From Candidatus Bathyarchaeota archaeon (GTDB lineage: Archaea; Thermoproteota; Bathyarchaeia; TCS64), in the NCBI GenBank assembly GCA_030739585.1, contig JASLYX010000001.1, positions 372,452 through 436,451 on the forward strand: DNA of 64,000 bases, in the 5' to 3' direction. How positions within the stretch are numbered: the stretch's first letter is position 1; every line of letters begins with the position of its first letter. The notes under the pieces were generated by a model. The model did no database searches, had not been told where the DNA came from, and saw only the letters and a list, made by a program, of their open reading frames with translations. The translations under genes were made by a program, and so were the position numbers. Of this stretch, positions 1 through 10,393 are shown piece after piece.

Positions 1-1328
1 CCATAAGATAGTGTGTAAAACTCTTTATTTAAGAAGTTAATATCTGCTTTTACATCATTTCTCTTTAAAATAACGGTAATTTCCTTTATCCTCTTCAACT
101 TATTGATATGTTCTGTACATTGGGATCTTAATGGAATGATAATGTTATTTTTTATCTTAATTTTATTCTTTTTTTTCCTATTATTGGTCGAGGCCAAAAA
201 AGTTGCATTGCTTAGTATTTTGGCTGATTCCCATATGTTATCTTTAGAGAGTTTTGAACCAAAATCTGTCTTCATTTCCGGATGACTACCTGACAGAATC
301 ACTAAACCTGTTCCAAAATATCCCTGGGCTATAGCGGTTTTTTTTCTCTTACAAGCTTTATGAATGCCTGTTTTCTTTATTTTTAAGTCATCTGCTATTT
401 CATTGGTTTTAAAATATTCCGATGGTGTAAATTTCTCTGGTGAAACATTTTCAAATTCTACTAAAGATTCTGGTGATGAGGCATTTTCTACTGCACTCTC
501 TATAAGATTCCATATAGGTCCATTCCAATGGACGCACTCAAAGAATTTTGGCATCCCAAACATAATTGGATTATTGGGTGCTGCGTTCTTAGCAACATAG
601 GTTCCCATACCCGGTGACTTAAATCCACTATCCGAGTTTTCATTGATATGCCAGTCTTCGACGTTTAACAATGTCATGTATTTTTTTGCTGGATGCCACC
701 ATTTCATGAATCTATCTCTGACAACTGAAGCAATATATGAACCCCCACAACATCCAAAGTAGGCTCCTCCTTCTCTAACAAATTTTGTAATATTTTTTGC
801 GCCTTCCACCCCCATACTGGCAAGAAGCAAATTTTCTCTGTTTATGTTTGCTTTTTTGGCACCTCCCCCACCCCCCGACATAAAAATGTCATAACTATCT
901 AAGGCTCCAACAGCCACATCCATGCCTGAAATCCAATTAACATCAAAACCAGATGTTGAGATTCCTAAAGCGTGATTAAAACCGCCCGAATCTTGATATA
1001 ATGCAACGTTAGCAGGTTTTAATTTGAATACATTAATGGATTTCGAAATCTCTATTTTTTCATAGCTCACATTTTCAATATGTAAAAACTTTATTATGCT
1101 TTTTTCTGTAAGTTTTGTGTATGATTGTATTGAGCCTCTATTATTCCAATCTTCTAATATGTTTTCTAGGGGGATTAAAAAGTCTCCCTGATTAATCTCT
1201 AATCCCTCTTGTGCTACTGATTCTTGACTCCAGAGAATATTAACCCCATAACTAAGTAAATTGTTGATGGCTCTGTAGGTCTTTAGCCAGTTTTTTCTTC
1301 CATTAAAAACAAGTATAGCCTTCATCAT
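1..1328 (-). CDS. Class I glutamine amidotransferase-like (BPL_N-type) domain protein, 3' end runs off the window
   Basis: Absent from the ORF track (no stop in window). Hand translation from ATG 1328: MMKAILVFNGRKNWLKTYRAINNLLSYGVNILW...LKPANVALYQDSGG...DIFMSGGGG...FVREGGAYFGCCGGSYIA, with the GATase1/BPL_N nucleophile-elbow motif; the frame is open at both ends checked. Confidence 0.75.
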   Translation of the reverse strand, partial: MMKAILVFNGRKNWLKTYRAINNLLSYGVNILWSQESVAQEGLEINQGDFLIPLENILEDWNNRGSIQSYTKLTEKSIIKFLHIENVSYEKIEISKSINVFKLKPANVALYQDSGGFNHALGISTSGFDVNWISGMDVAVGALDSYDIFMSGGGGGAKKANINRENLLLASMGVEGAKNITKFVREGGAYFGCCGGSYIASVVRDRFMKWWHPAKKYMTLLNVEDWHINENSDSGFKSPGMGTYVAKNAAPNNPIMFGMPKFFECVHWNGPIWNLIESAVENASSPESLVEFENVSPEKFTPSEYFKTNEIADDLKIKKTGIHKACKRKKTAIAQGYFGTGLVILSGSHPEMKTDFGSKLSKDNIWESAKILSNATFLASTNNRKKKNKIKIKNNIIIPLRSQCTEHINKLKRIKEITVILKRNDVKADINFLNKEFYTLSY

Positions 1329-1465
1329 TAACATTTAATTTCTATTTTAAAGATAATTCTTTCCATCTGGCAGTCTTCGTTAATTTAACTTTCATCCATT
1401 ATTGAAGAGGCCAAACAGTTATATTCTCTTTGCACCATTCATAAAAAATAAATTCTAAAAAAAAA

Positions 1466-2467
1466 TTAACAATTAATAAGGCCTAGGAGTTTTTCAGGAT
1501 TCGTTTTAACCATCTTAGTGAGATCGTCATTTGTGATTCCAAAATCCATCAAACATGCAATAAACTCTCTTAATCCCTCTAATGGCGTTGGTAGGGTATA
1601 AACACCAAAATCGGTTGAAAGTATACAATGCTGTGCTCCTAATTCTTCTATCTGCTCAGCAACATGTTTAACTCCCCCAGATACCTCTCCGCTCATCCCT
1701 TCATCAATAGATGCATACTCTCTTTCAACGTAATAATGTGTTTTAGGTATGGTTGTTGTATGTGTGTAGGCGGCAAGAGTATATTCGATGAATGCATTTT
1801 TTTCCGTTATATATTGAAGTTCATCCATTGTGGCCTCTTTAACGACAGCGCTGGATACTATGACCTTTTCAATTCCATATTCTTCAGCGAGGTCTACCAG
1901 TCTAATCGATTCATCAACCGAGGTATGACCGGTTATCATGTAAACGTGAGGCTTCGCAGCAATCAACCTTAATATTTCATCAAGGTTCTCCCCAGGTTTT
2001 TTTTCTAATGGGATCTCAATGCACATGTCAAGTTCTTTTTTAAATTCTGGGTATAATTTACTTAGAGGTACATATTCACCATCGACAACTCTGCCTTCTC
2101 TCGCGGCCTGGAAGTATGTACTATGTGCTCCAAAACTTACGTATTTAGCACCATCACCATAGTAAAGTGCCGTTTTCACTGCTCTTGGATTCATTCCACC
2201 ATAGACAGTATTTAATATCAAGCCACCATACGTCTGAAAATCAGGTATTTGTCTATTTACTAACCAAGCAGTTCCGTTGCTCATTTCAAATACATCCATA
2301 TAGACTATTGCTTGCATACCCGCGTCCCTTGCTTCAATGGCTGCTTGGAATGGGTCCACTCTCCGAGGACTGCTGAAAATATGAGGACCTGCATGAAGGT
2401 GTATATCTATTGCTCCTTTGAGCAGTTCCTTTGATTTTTCAAATGATCTTCCTTCAGGTAATATCAT
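1466..2467 (-). CDS. DUF6282-like metal-dependent TIM-barrel hydrolase (amidohydrolase superfamily)
   Basis: GAIDIHLHAGP HxH motif, TGH, ILSTDFG, C-terminal NPEKLLG. Confidence 0.75.
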   Translation of the reverse strand: MILPEGRSFEKSKELLKGAIDIHLHAGPHIFSSPRRVDPFQAAIEARDAGMQAIVYMDVFEMSNGTAWLVNRQIPDFQTYGGLILNTVYGGMNPRAVKTALYYGDGAKYVSFGAHSTYFQAAREGRVVDGEYVPLSKLYPEFKKELDMCIEIPLEKKPGENLDEILRLIAAKPHVYMITGHTSVDESIRLVDLAEEYGIEKVIVSSAVVKEATMDELQYITEKNAFIEYTLAAYTHTTTIPKTHYYVEREYASIDEGMSGEVSGGVKHVAEQIEELGAQHCILSTDFGVYTLPTPLEGLREFIACLMDFGITNDDLTKMVKTNPEKLLGLINC

Positions 2468-2627
2468 GATTAATCAACCTATGTTCCACAAACATAAATC
2501 TTCATGTTATAGAAAATAGGTAGTTGAAAATATTTTATCGAAGCCTTAAAACTCTCAACTCTAAATATTTGATGATATATTAAAAACGGATAATGTTTTA
2601 TATCGAGTAAAACTTATTTGTCCTTTA

Positions 2628-4454
2628 ATGAAAATGAAGAAAATTCGTAAAATTGACATCTTATTACCTGTATTAGTAGCGCTATTAATGACATCTACAG
2701 TAGTAGTTTTTCCTGGATTAGCAAAAGAAGAAAACTATTTCTTTGAAATAACTATGATGTTGGATCCAGCTAATATTGATGCTGCTGAAATCATGAAAAG
2801 AGGCTGGGAGGAAATCGGGATCAAGGTAAATATTGTTACTCTTGAGTTCTCCACAATGTTGAACCGATACTTATACGGAGAGTCCTATCCCGGAGCTACA
2901 TATGATGAAGGCGGTCTTGATATTGCGCTAACTGGGTGGGGAACTATGATTCCCGATAGTTACGGAAATTACCATTCTCACTCAAGAATCGGTATAGGTA
3001 AATTTCCAAATTACAACATGATGATGTTTGCTCATGGAGAGGTTGATGATCTATTAGAAGAAGGCTTAAAAACACTAGATAGAGACAAAAGTATCGAAAT
3101 CTACAGACGAGTAGAAGAAATCGTAAATGATGAACTGCCAATAATATACATATTCAGAGATAATCGAATTGTAGGTCAAGCCAGTACATTGGAATTAGGA
3201 GATTATGTGCAGCTTGGAAGCACTTCAGCCAACCTAAGGTCCTGGGATTTCCATTATACTGACAAAAAAGGTGGGGAGATGGTCTTTATTGGAGACCAAA
3301 ACCCTCCCGGTCTCAGCGCTATGTATTCCATTACAACAGTAGGTGTGAACAATGCTTACCTCATCCAAGAACCATTGGTGGCCTTTGGCCTACCTGTGGG
3401 AACGTTTGAAGGTATACTGGCCGAAAGTTGGGACATTTCAGAGGACGGAAAAACCTACACGTTCAACTTGCGAGAGAACGTAAAATGGCAAGACGGAGAG
3501 GCTTTTGATGCTGATGACGTAATGTTTACTTGGGATCTATTCATGAATCCTGAAGCAGGTTTTAGTGGACATGGATTCTTTGCTAAGAATGTAAAGGAAG
3601 TAAGAAAGGTAGATGAGCATACCCTCGAAATGGTGCTTAACGACATATATACGTCTGCCATATATCGTCTGGCTACACGAGTAATGCTTCCAGAGCACAT
3701 CTTGGGGGATGTAAGTCCATCTGAACTTAAAACACACGGGTTCAACAAGGAACCTATTGGTACAGGACCATGGAAAGTTGCTAAATGGGTTGATGATGAA
3801 TACATCCAATACGAGCGATTTGATGGTTACTGGCGAGGGACTCCTAAACTAGACAGTATAAAATTCAGAGTAATGCCTGACAAAGCAACAGGAATAGCAG
3901 CTTTACAAGCTGGAGAAATCCAGTGTATATTCCAACAAATTTACCGTACTGCCTTGATTCAAAACTTTGAGACACTTGAAAAAAATCCGGATGTAAAATT
4001 GATAGAGTATCCACCTACTGGAACTAATTATGCAATCATTAACTTAGAACACCCAAATCTGAACAATAAATTCGTAAGACAAGCAATGGCCCAAGCCATT
4101 GATTACGAAGGAATAGTTGAGGGTGTCTACAATGGTCATGCATCAAGAACATCGCAGTGGTATTCCAAGTTAATGGAGGGTTATTTCAACCCCGACTTGG
4201 AATGGAAATATGATATTCCAGCAGCTAAAGAAAAAATGGAAATGGCAGGCTACAAGTACACTTGGCTAGAGGCACCAACGGAAGTTACAAAAACAGTTAC
4301 AAAAGAAGTCAAAGTACCTGGAGAAACAGTTACAGTACCTGGAGAAACAGTCATAGTGAAACAAACTGACACTATACAACTAATTGCTAGTATAGTGGCC
4401 GGAGCCGTCATAGGCGGACTTGTCGTAAAATTTGCCTTTAAAAAAGAAACCTAA
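2628..4454 (+). CDS. ABC transporter substrate-binding protein, family 5 (peptide/nickel), circularly permuted, with signal peptide and C-terminal membrane anchor
   Basis: LAESWDISEDGKTYTFNLRENVKWQDG, PIGTGPW, VRQAMAQAID motifs; N-terminal hydrophobic signal; Thr/Val-rich linker then TM helix and KKET. Confidence 0.9.
   Translation: MKMKKIRKIDILLPVLVALLMTSTVVVFPGLAKEENYFFEITMMLDPANIDAAEIMKRGWEEIGIKVNIVTLEFSTMLNRYLYGESYPGATYDEGGLDIALTGWGTMIPDSYGNYHSHSRIGIGKFPNYNMMMFAHGEVDDLLEEGLKTLDRDKSIEIYRRVEEIVNDELPIIYIFRDNRIVGQASTLELGDYVQLGSTSANLRSWDFHYTDKKGGEMVFIGDQNPPGLSAMYSITTVGVNNAYLIQEPLVAFGLPVGTFEGILAESWDISEDGKTYTFNLRENVKWQDGEAFDADDVMFTWDLFMNPEAGFSGHGFFAKNVKEVRKVDEHTLEMVLNDIYTSAIYRLATRVMLPEHILGDVSPSELKTHGFNKEPIGTGPWKVAKWVDDEYIQYERFDGYWRGTPKLDSIKFRVMPDKATGIAALQAGEIQCIFQQIYRTALIQNFETLEKNPDVKLIEYPPTGTNYAIINLEHPNLNNKFVRQAMAQAIDYEGIVEGVYNGHASRTSQWYSKLMEGYFNPDLEWKYDIPAAKEKMEMAGYKYTWLEAPTEVTKTVTKEVKVPGETVTVPGETVIVKQTDTIQLIASIVAGAVIGGLVVKFAFKKET
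4313..4351 (+). repeat. Tandem repeat of period 21 (agtacctggagaaacagt x2) encoding VPGETV in the binding-protein stalk
   Basis: Identical 18-mers at 4313-4330 and 4334-4351. Confidence 0.9.
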
Positions 4455-4465
4455 TAAATCCTCCT

Positions 4466-4481
4466 CGTTTTCTTTTTTTTA
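4466..4481 (+). terminator. Oligo-T archaeal terminator after the binding-protein gene
   Basis: cgttttctttttttt shortly after the stop codon. Confidence 0.5.
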
Positions 4482-4586
4482 TCCCTTGATTGTTAATGTT
4501 GCATCTATAACTGGTTTTTCGAGTTTCTACGTGTTATCATCTAAGATTTGTAAAAATAAACTGTATCATGAGGTCAAAAAACTAGA

Positions 4587-4919
4587 TTGAATATTTCGTT
4601 AAAAGTGCCTGGTGGGTCGGGAGCTATCTTCAGAGCTTTTTATCTTGGGAGAACTGTATCCATTTGCAGGAGCATAAAATTGATGCAAACCGATTCAGCT
4701 AGGAAATATTTAGCAATTATAATTCTTCTTTTTACATACCTTATTTTACCAATTTTATCAATGTTGTTGATAATATTCTTTTTTTATGTAATGCATCAGT
4801 GGATCAGCATGTTTCCATCTATTAACCTTAATGATGTCGTAATCAATCTCTTTCTTACCATACTTCTATTTTCATTTTTATATCTTTTCAGAAAATTAAT
4901 TCTTTGGCTTAGAGATTAA
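4587..4919 (+). CDS. Small hypothetical membrane protein (start may be ATG 4683)
   Basis: Two hydrophobic stretches; no recognisable motif. Confidence 0.4.
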   Translation: MNISLKVPGGSGAIFRAFYLGRTVSICRSIKLMQTDSARKYLAIIILLFTYLILPILSMLLIIFFFYVMHQWISMFPSINLNDVVINLFLTILLFSFLYLFRKLILWLRD

Positions 4920-4952
4920 ATACTTAAGGACAAATGGTACATATATCTAACC

Positions 4953-6554
4953 ATGTATGACCTCATAATAAAAGACTCGAAAATTCTCGATGGAACCGGT
5001 ATCCCAAGTTTTAGAGCAGACATTGGGATAAAAGGAGAAAAAATTGTTGAGGTATCCAAGGCTCAATTATCTGAAGAGTCTGAAACAATCATTGATGGCA
5101 ACGGATTATTTGCCGCTCCAGGTTTTGTAGATATGCATACTCATGCAGATATCTCTATATTTACGAATCCACTTGGGAAAAGCCTCATAATGCAAGGAGT
5201 GACACTTGTGTTGACTGGAAATTGTGGTTCAAGCCCTGCACCGCTTGACGATGATATTAAAAAAGGATGGCTTTTGAGAGGTGGTGGATATAAACCTGAT
5301 TGGGATGATTTTCCTGGATATCTGGATGCAATTGAACGTGCAAAATTTAGTTCAAATATAGCCACTCAAATTGGACACAACTCCATAAGAGCTTATGTTA
5401 TGGGAGAATACGCTGCTCATGCATCAAATAAAACTGAGTTAGATGAAATGTCAGAAATACTGGAAGTTGCAATGGATGCAGGGGCCATAGGTTTTTCATC
5501 TGGTCTAATGTATAGGCCTGGTATTTGGTCTGAAACAGAGGAATTAATTGAGTTATGCAAGGTCGTGGAGAAAAGTGGTGGCGTTTATACATCCCACATG
5601 CGTGGTGAAGCTAATGAAGTTTTACAATCAGTTTCTGAGCTAGTGAAAATCACTGAAGAATCAGGAGTTTCCGCACATATAGGTCATCACAGGGCCGAAT
5701 GCCGAGTTAATTGGGGCTTGATTAAACATACTCTGGGAATGATGATGCAGGCTAATCTCAAAGGTTGCAATATTACGTGTGATTTTTTTCCTTATGAAGC
5801 ATGTGGTGTGGGTGGTGGAATACCATTACCAAGATGGGCAAGTCCGCTATATATGCCTAAGAAAGATGCAGAAAAAATGATACATGACTCTCAAACCCGT
5901 GAAAAAATAAAGGATGAAATAAGAAAAGGAACTGAACTTGGACCAGACAAACGGTCTTATGAACCAATAGATAGTACGGATGATGTCGTAATCACAATTT
6001 ACCCAGATGAACCCGAACTTCAGGGTAAAACAGTCACAGAGTTATCAAGAATTAAAGGTTATACCGATCCTTTGGATTTTTTTTTATATACTGTTACTAG
6101 TGACAAACCCTTTGGTGTGGTGGCTTTCAATGTATGGGAGAAAGATCTTGACAAATTAGTAAAATCTCCGTTAGCTATGATTGGTACTGATTCAGGCTTT
6201 GTCGATAATATTGGTGTTCCCAATAGACATCCCAGAGCTTATGGTTCTTATCCAAAGATTCTTGGAGAATATGTCCGAGAAAAAAAACTTATTTCTTGGG
6301 AGGAAGCAGTGATGAAATTTAGTACAAGGCCACACTCAAAGCTTGGGATCAAGGATAGAGGAGTTATTAGGCCCGGGTTCTTTGCGGATTTGGTGTTTTT
6401 TAACCCAGATACCGTTGGTACAAAAGTGGATTATTCAGGAGTAGCAAGGTATCCTATAGGCATTGAACACGTGGTTATTAATGGACAATTAGTTGTGGAA
6501 AACTCAATACATACTGGAAAGAAATCCGGAAAACTCATAAGAAAACTGGGTTAA
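4953..6554 (+). CDS. N-acyl-D-amino-acid deacylase (D-aminoacylase) family amidohydrolase
   Basis: DMHTHAD, QGVT..GNCG, YTSHMR, GTD, HPRAYGSYP motifs. Confidence 0.9.
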   Translation: MYDLIIKDSKILDGTGIPSFRADIGIKGEKIVEVSKAQLSEESETIIDGNGLFAAPGFVDMHTHADISIFTNPLGKSLIMQGVTLVLTGNCGSSPAPLDDDIKKGWLLRGGGYKPDWDDFPGYLDAIERAKFSSNIATQIGHNSIRAYVMGEYAAHASNKTELDEMSEILEVAMDAGAIGFSSGLMYRPGIWSETEELIELCKVVEKSGGVYTSHMRGEANEVLQSVSELVKITEESGVSAHIGHHRAECRVNWGLIKHTLGMMMQANLKGCNITCDFFPYEACGVGGGIPLPRWASPLYMPKKDAEKMIHDSQTREKIKDEIRKGTELGPDKRSYEPIDSTDDVVITIYPDEPELQGKTVTELSRIKGYTDPLDFFLYTVTSDKPFGVVAFNVWEKDLDKLVKSPLAMIGTDSGFVDNIGVPNRHPRAYGSYPKILGEYVREKKLISWEEAVMKFSTRPHSKLGIKDRGVIRPGFFADLVFFNPDTVGTKVDYSGVARYPIGIEHVVINGQLVVENSIHTGKKSGKLIRKLG

Positions 6555-6601
6555 ACTACAAAAGCATTTATTTTTCTTTAATCGTTTTAATCTATCCTAC
6601 G

Positions 6602-7033
6602 TTGAAACAATACAAGTTAGATTTAATCGGTGCATTACTTGTGTTGATAGGTTTAAGTGGATTACCCTGGTATATTATTAAAATCAGAGTGTCTCGGGAT
6701 TTATGGTATAATTTTTCTTATTCTCCTTTTAAATTAATTATTGAAATGGGGGATGTTGTTGATGCTGATTTATTTTATAGATTTGATTCAACTATTGTTG
6801 GCATTATCCTATTATTAATGTTGTTATTAAGATTAATTAAAACAGACATCTTAAAAATGAAATATTTAGCTCCATTAATCATGGGATTAATACTAATATT
6901 TTTTACATCATTTCTTCCTATACATGTAACAACAGCATCAAGGCTAGTTATTGGGGATGGGGCTTATTTTATTCTCTTTGGATCTGCCCTACTAATCATA
7001 TCAAGTATTATAAATCAACTTTATTCTCAATGA
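6602..7033 (+). CDS. Hypothetical four-helix membrane protein
   Basis: Four hydrophobic segments; TTG start. Confidence 0.55.
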   Translation: MKQYKLDLIGALLVLIGLSGLPWYIIKIRVSRDLWYNFSYSPFKLIIEMGDVVDADLFYRFDSTIVGIILLLMLLLRLIKTDILKMKYLAPLIMGLILIFFTSFLPIHVTTASRLVIGDGAYFILFGSALLIISSIINQLYSQ

Positions 7034-7555
7034 ATTTCATGATAAATAACTTATTAAATATTCCGCGCACACTCTAGTGCTCTTATTTAAGTCTTCTAAA
7101 TATTCTATCATCACTGTAATAGAAGTAGCCCATAATCTTCTTTTTAACTCAATGTTCCCCAAACGTTCTTTCTTACGTTCAAATAAAGTTACTGAAAAGA
7201 TTCTGGCGGTCAATTCAACGGTAACAAAACTTCAATTTAGATATTCTATTTAGAAAAACTAATCGTGAAATTGGACAAACCTCCACAACCTGATGGCAAG
7301 AAAAGGGGGACTTTCAAGGAGGCAGACATAAAGGGGACACGGGCGACTGCCAACTTTAGGAGGCGGATCCCCCCTTTGGTGTTGGATCTGGAGAAGCTAC
7401 TTTCCAAAGTAAGGACTGCTATGGTAGAGGAGTACGCCCATGTCTACAGTATGAGAAGGGTGTACTGTGAAAAATCCCCCTTCTGTTCTGCCATTAGAGG
7501 CTTATATCTGATTAGAGGACAAGTCTAGTTTATACTGAATGGAGGACGTTTCTAA

Positions 7556-7933
7556 TTGATCCACTACTTCCCTGCTCCTGATGTAAAGAGGAGCATTGAG
7601 GAGATGGTGGGCCTCCTTAGGTTCGATCACATTGACTTGGGCAATATATATTGCGTCAGAAGCAGAGGCTCTAAGGCGAAAAGTACTATTGCTAGGATCC
7701 ACGGCAGGAGCAAGGTTTGGCAGGCTGTTGGTCTTGAGCCCTCATACGTTATCGAGATAATAGCGGAGCGATTTGATAGACTATCTCCAGAGGATCAGGC
7801 TAGGATCTTGATCCACGAGCTTCTCCATATCCCCCACGGGTTTAAGGGAGGCTTTCGACATCACAAAGACTATGTCAACGACGAGACGGTCGATACCTGG
7901 TATAAGAGGTATTGCGAGAAGAAAGACGCTTAA
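7556..7933 (+). CDS. Small putative zinc metallopeptidase (HExxH)
   Basis: ILIHELLHIP; RSRGSK..TIARIHG pattern of a conserved small archaeal family. Confidence 0.8.
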   Translation: MIHYFPAPDVKRSIEEMVGLLRFDHIDLGNIYCVRSRGSKAKSTIARIHGRSKVWQAVGLEPSYVIEIIAERFDRLSPEDQARILIHELLHIPHGFKGGFRHHKDYVNDETVDTWYKRYCEKKDA

Positions 7934-8482
7934 ACTTGTAGAGAAGCCCGTTTTCCATATCTGGATTGGTTTTTGTATTTTAGGGTAATACTGGTGTTTT
8001 TAACTATTTTTTTTAGACTAAATATTCTTTCCACTGGCATAACTCTACACTTCTATTTTCCCACATCCAAGATGAGGACCTTAAAGGGGCCCGTGGAGGT
8101 TCATGATAACGCGCGGCTATCTTGAAGGAACCCATACTCCCTCGTCTGAAACATGGAAATCCAGTCCCTCTGAAACGGTTCTATATAGGCCTTTATCCCA
8201 GCTCTCACGCTCATCATCAAGGGGTTCCCGTAGGTCATGTTAAAAAAAATCTATTGTCTATCATGGGGAACTTGGTCCCCCCACTTGATCTCCTCGAGAA
8301 CCATGCAAACTTTCTGAATGAGACATCAAAACGGATGAACCTCCTTATAGAACTAAAGTTAAATCATATACCCAGAAAAAGCTTAATCACACCTAGAACA
8401 GGCCAACCTTACAATGCACCCTATATTCTCAACAAGTTAGCCTCCAGTTCATTAGTAAAATGTACTAACACGTAAGGGCGAT

Positions 8483-9433
8483 CTAGCTCTCTACGGAGCG
8501 CTTGATGATCTCATGGTTGATCTTGCCACATGTGAAGGAGGACCCAGTCTTGGAACTAGTCAAGGTCACCACAGCCGGCGCGAAGAGGGCCGGATCGATC
8601 TTGATGAAGTCGAAGTTGACCGCTTTGTAGATCTCATAGCTTGACTTTCCGTAGTCGCTGCAGTTGCTAGAGGGCGCGCTTAACGCGATCTCCTTGAGAA
8701 CCTCCTCCTCCTCGTCAACTATATAGGTGGTTACCCCTCCATAAGTTAGGGCGTCCTCGGCCCGCCCCATAGCCTTCCCCTTATCTGGATGTACTGGCAT
8801 GATTGGGGCGTAACCCGCCCCATACCGAACCTTCTTGAGGTCGAGGCCCAGAAGGTCTAGCCTGAAGAGCCCCGTCTCCACGATTCTCCCTGAAATCTGG
8901 ACCATCCCCGCCATGGATGTCCCTGTCGTGAGGAGCATATAGACGTTCTCGGGCTTCACTTTACACGCCTCAGCAATGAAGTAGGCAGCCGAGTCCGGGG
9001 GCATTTCTTCTGTTTCTAAGACGATCACTGCGACGTCCGCCTCGTCTTGATATTCGATTTTCCTGAACACCTTCTTTGGTTTCAAGGCAAGCGCCCGGGC
9101 GGGTCCTGAACCGTCGGCGGTGTATCCTTCCGGTTTTATCCGCCAACCCGCAAGCTGGGCCCCAAATAGGGCCACTGCAGGGTGATCCGTTGAGATGACT
9201 ACCGTGGGCAGAGTGAGCCCCCCAAAATCAGCGTAGCCGAGCTCTGCAGTCCCAGCCCCCCCCATAGCTATCCTGGTCGTCATTAAACCGGCCTCATAGC
9301 CCCCGTGGGCCTTGATCCCAGTATCTATAACTGTCGCCCCGGATGGCAGCATCTTGACTCCCACGCGATAGTACTCCGGGTTGGTCAGGATCTCCCTAAT
9401 GAGCTCATAGGCCAGCTTGTTTATGCTTAGCAT
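8483..9433 (-). CDS. mch: Methenyltetrahydromethanopterin cyclohydrolase
   Basis: LSINKLA, GAQLAGW, GSGPARALA, SGRIVETG, DALTYGG, IDPALFAPA; start placed at ATG 9433. Confidence 0.95.
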   Translation of the reverse strand: MLSINKLAYELIREILTNPEYYRVGVKMLPSGATVIDTGIKAHGGYEAGLMTTRIAMGGAGTAELGYADFGGLTLPTVVISTDHPAVALFGAQLAGWRIKPEGYTADGSGPARALALKPKKVFRKIEYQDEADVAVIVLETEEMPPDSAAYFIAEACKVKPENVYMLLTTGTSMAGMVQISGRIVETGLFRLDLLGLDLKKVRYGAGYAPIMPVHPDKGKAMGRAEDALTYGGVTTYIVDEEEEVLKEIALSAPSSNCSDYGKSSYEIYKAVNFDFIKIDPALFAPAVVTLTSSKTGSSFTCGKINHEIIKRSVES

Positions 9434-9571
9434 ATCTTTTCGTGAACACATTCTATGATTCCTTTATATCCTTAGTGAGCAATTTCCACAATCGATTTAT
9501 GGCGTTAAGGCAGGATCTCGCCATCGCGTACGCGTGGAGCCTTTACACACACTTCAGGGGTCTACTATCGA

Positions 9572-10270
9572 TCAAAGGATGATCCGGGCATCCACGACCA
9601 TAGCGCCCTCTTCATAGACGAGAACAGGATTCATATCCAGTTCAGATATCTCGGGACAATCAACAAGCATCTCTGATGTTTTCAGCAGTATTTCGACGAT
9701 GACCTTGGTGTCTGAGGGGGGCTTCCCCCGAACCCCTTCGAGGATCTTGTAAGCCTTGATCTTTTTCACCATCTCCTCAGCGTCTGACCGGACTATCGGA
9801 ACGAGCCTGAAGCTGACGTCTTTCAAGATCTCGACGAAAATCCCTCCGAGCCCAAACATCAGGGTTGTGCCGAAGGTAGGGTCCTTGGTGGATCCGACGA
9901 TGACCTCGGTCCCCCAAGGGGCCATCTTTTGGATCAGGATACCGGTAATCTCAGCCTCTGGAACGTAAGCTTTGATATTCTTCAGGATAGTCTTGTACCC
10001 CTGTCTGACCCCCATTTCGTCCTTAATGTCGATAAGGACACCACCGACATCAGATTTGTGGATGACCTGGGGAGATACTATCTTGAGGACCACGGGAAAA
10101 CCGAGTTTCTTGGCGGCATCAACGACGTCTTCCTCGGTCTCCCCGACAGTAATCTTGGTTACCGGGAGACCATAAAGGACACAAAGGTTCTTAGCCTCGT
10201 GCTCGAAGAGGAAATCCCTGCCCTCGGCCTCGGCGGTTTTGAAGATCTCGTTGACTGCTTTATCTCTCAT
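9572..10270 (-). CDS. acdB: Acetyl-CoA synthetase (ADP-forming) beta subunit, ATP-grasp
   Basis: GFPVVLKIVSPQVIHKSDVGGV, FGLGGIFVE, ELDMNP, VVDARI. Confidence 0.9.
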   Translation of the reverse strand: MRDKAVNEIFKTAEAEGRDFLFEHEAKNLCVLYGLPVTKITVGETEEDVVDAAKKLGFPVVLKIVSPQVIHKSDVGGVLIDIKDEMGVRQGYKTILKNIKAYVPEAEITGILIQKMAPWGTEVIVGSTKDPTFGTTLMFGLGGIFVEILKDVSFRLVPIVRSDAEEMVKKIKAYKILEGVRGKPPSDTKVIVEILLKTSEMLVDCPEISELDMNPVLVYEEGAMVVDARIIL

Positions 10271-10393
10271 CCTTGGACACTCCGAATTAGATCCTTACTG
10301 CATTAACCCGTGATTTTTAAAAATATCGTACGATTCCCCCGCGCGTTGAATCTCGGAATATAATAAACATGTATATCTCTCGCCAGTTATGCA

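Larger units (their letters stand above)
1..7250. other. AT-rich accessory segment (probable horizontally acquired block, left end outside the window)
   Basis: Hand counts: line 1-60 has 15/60 GC versus 33/60 in line 8701-8760; composition changes near 7250; only catabolic, transport or unknown genes. Confidence 0.55.

Noticed and set aside
7265-7528. 87-aa ORF at the compositional boundary
   Set aside because: No motif; may be a relic and cannot be supported as a gene
8122-8475. 117-aa plus-strand ORF and a stop-interrupted minus-strand frame
   Set aside because: No recognisable family on either strand
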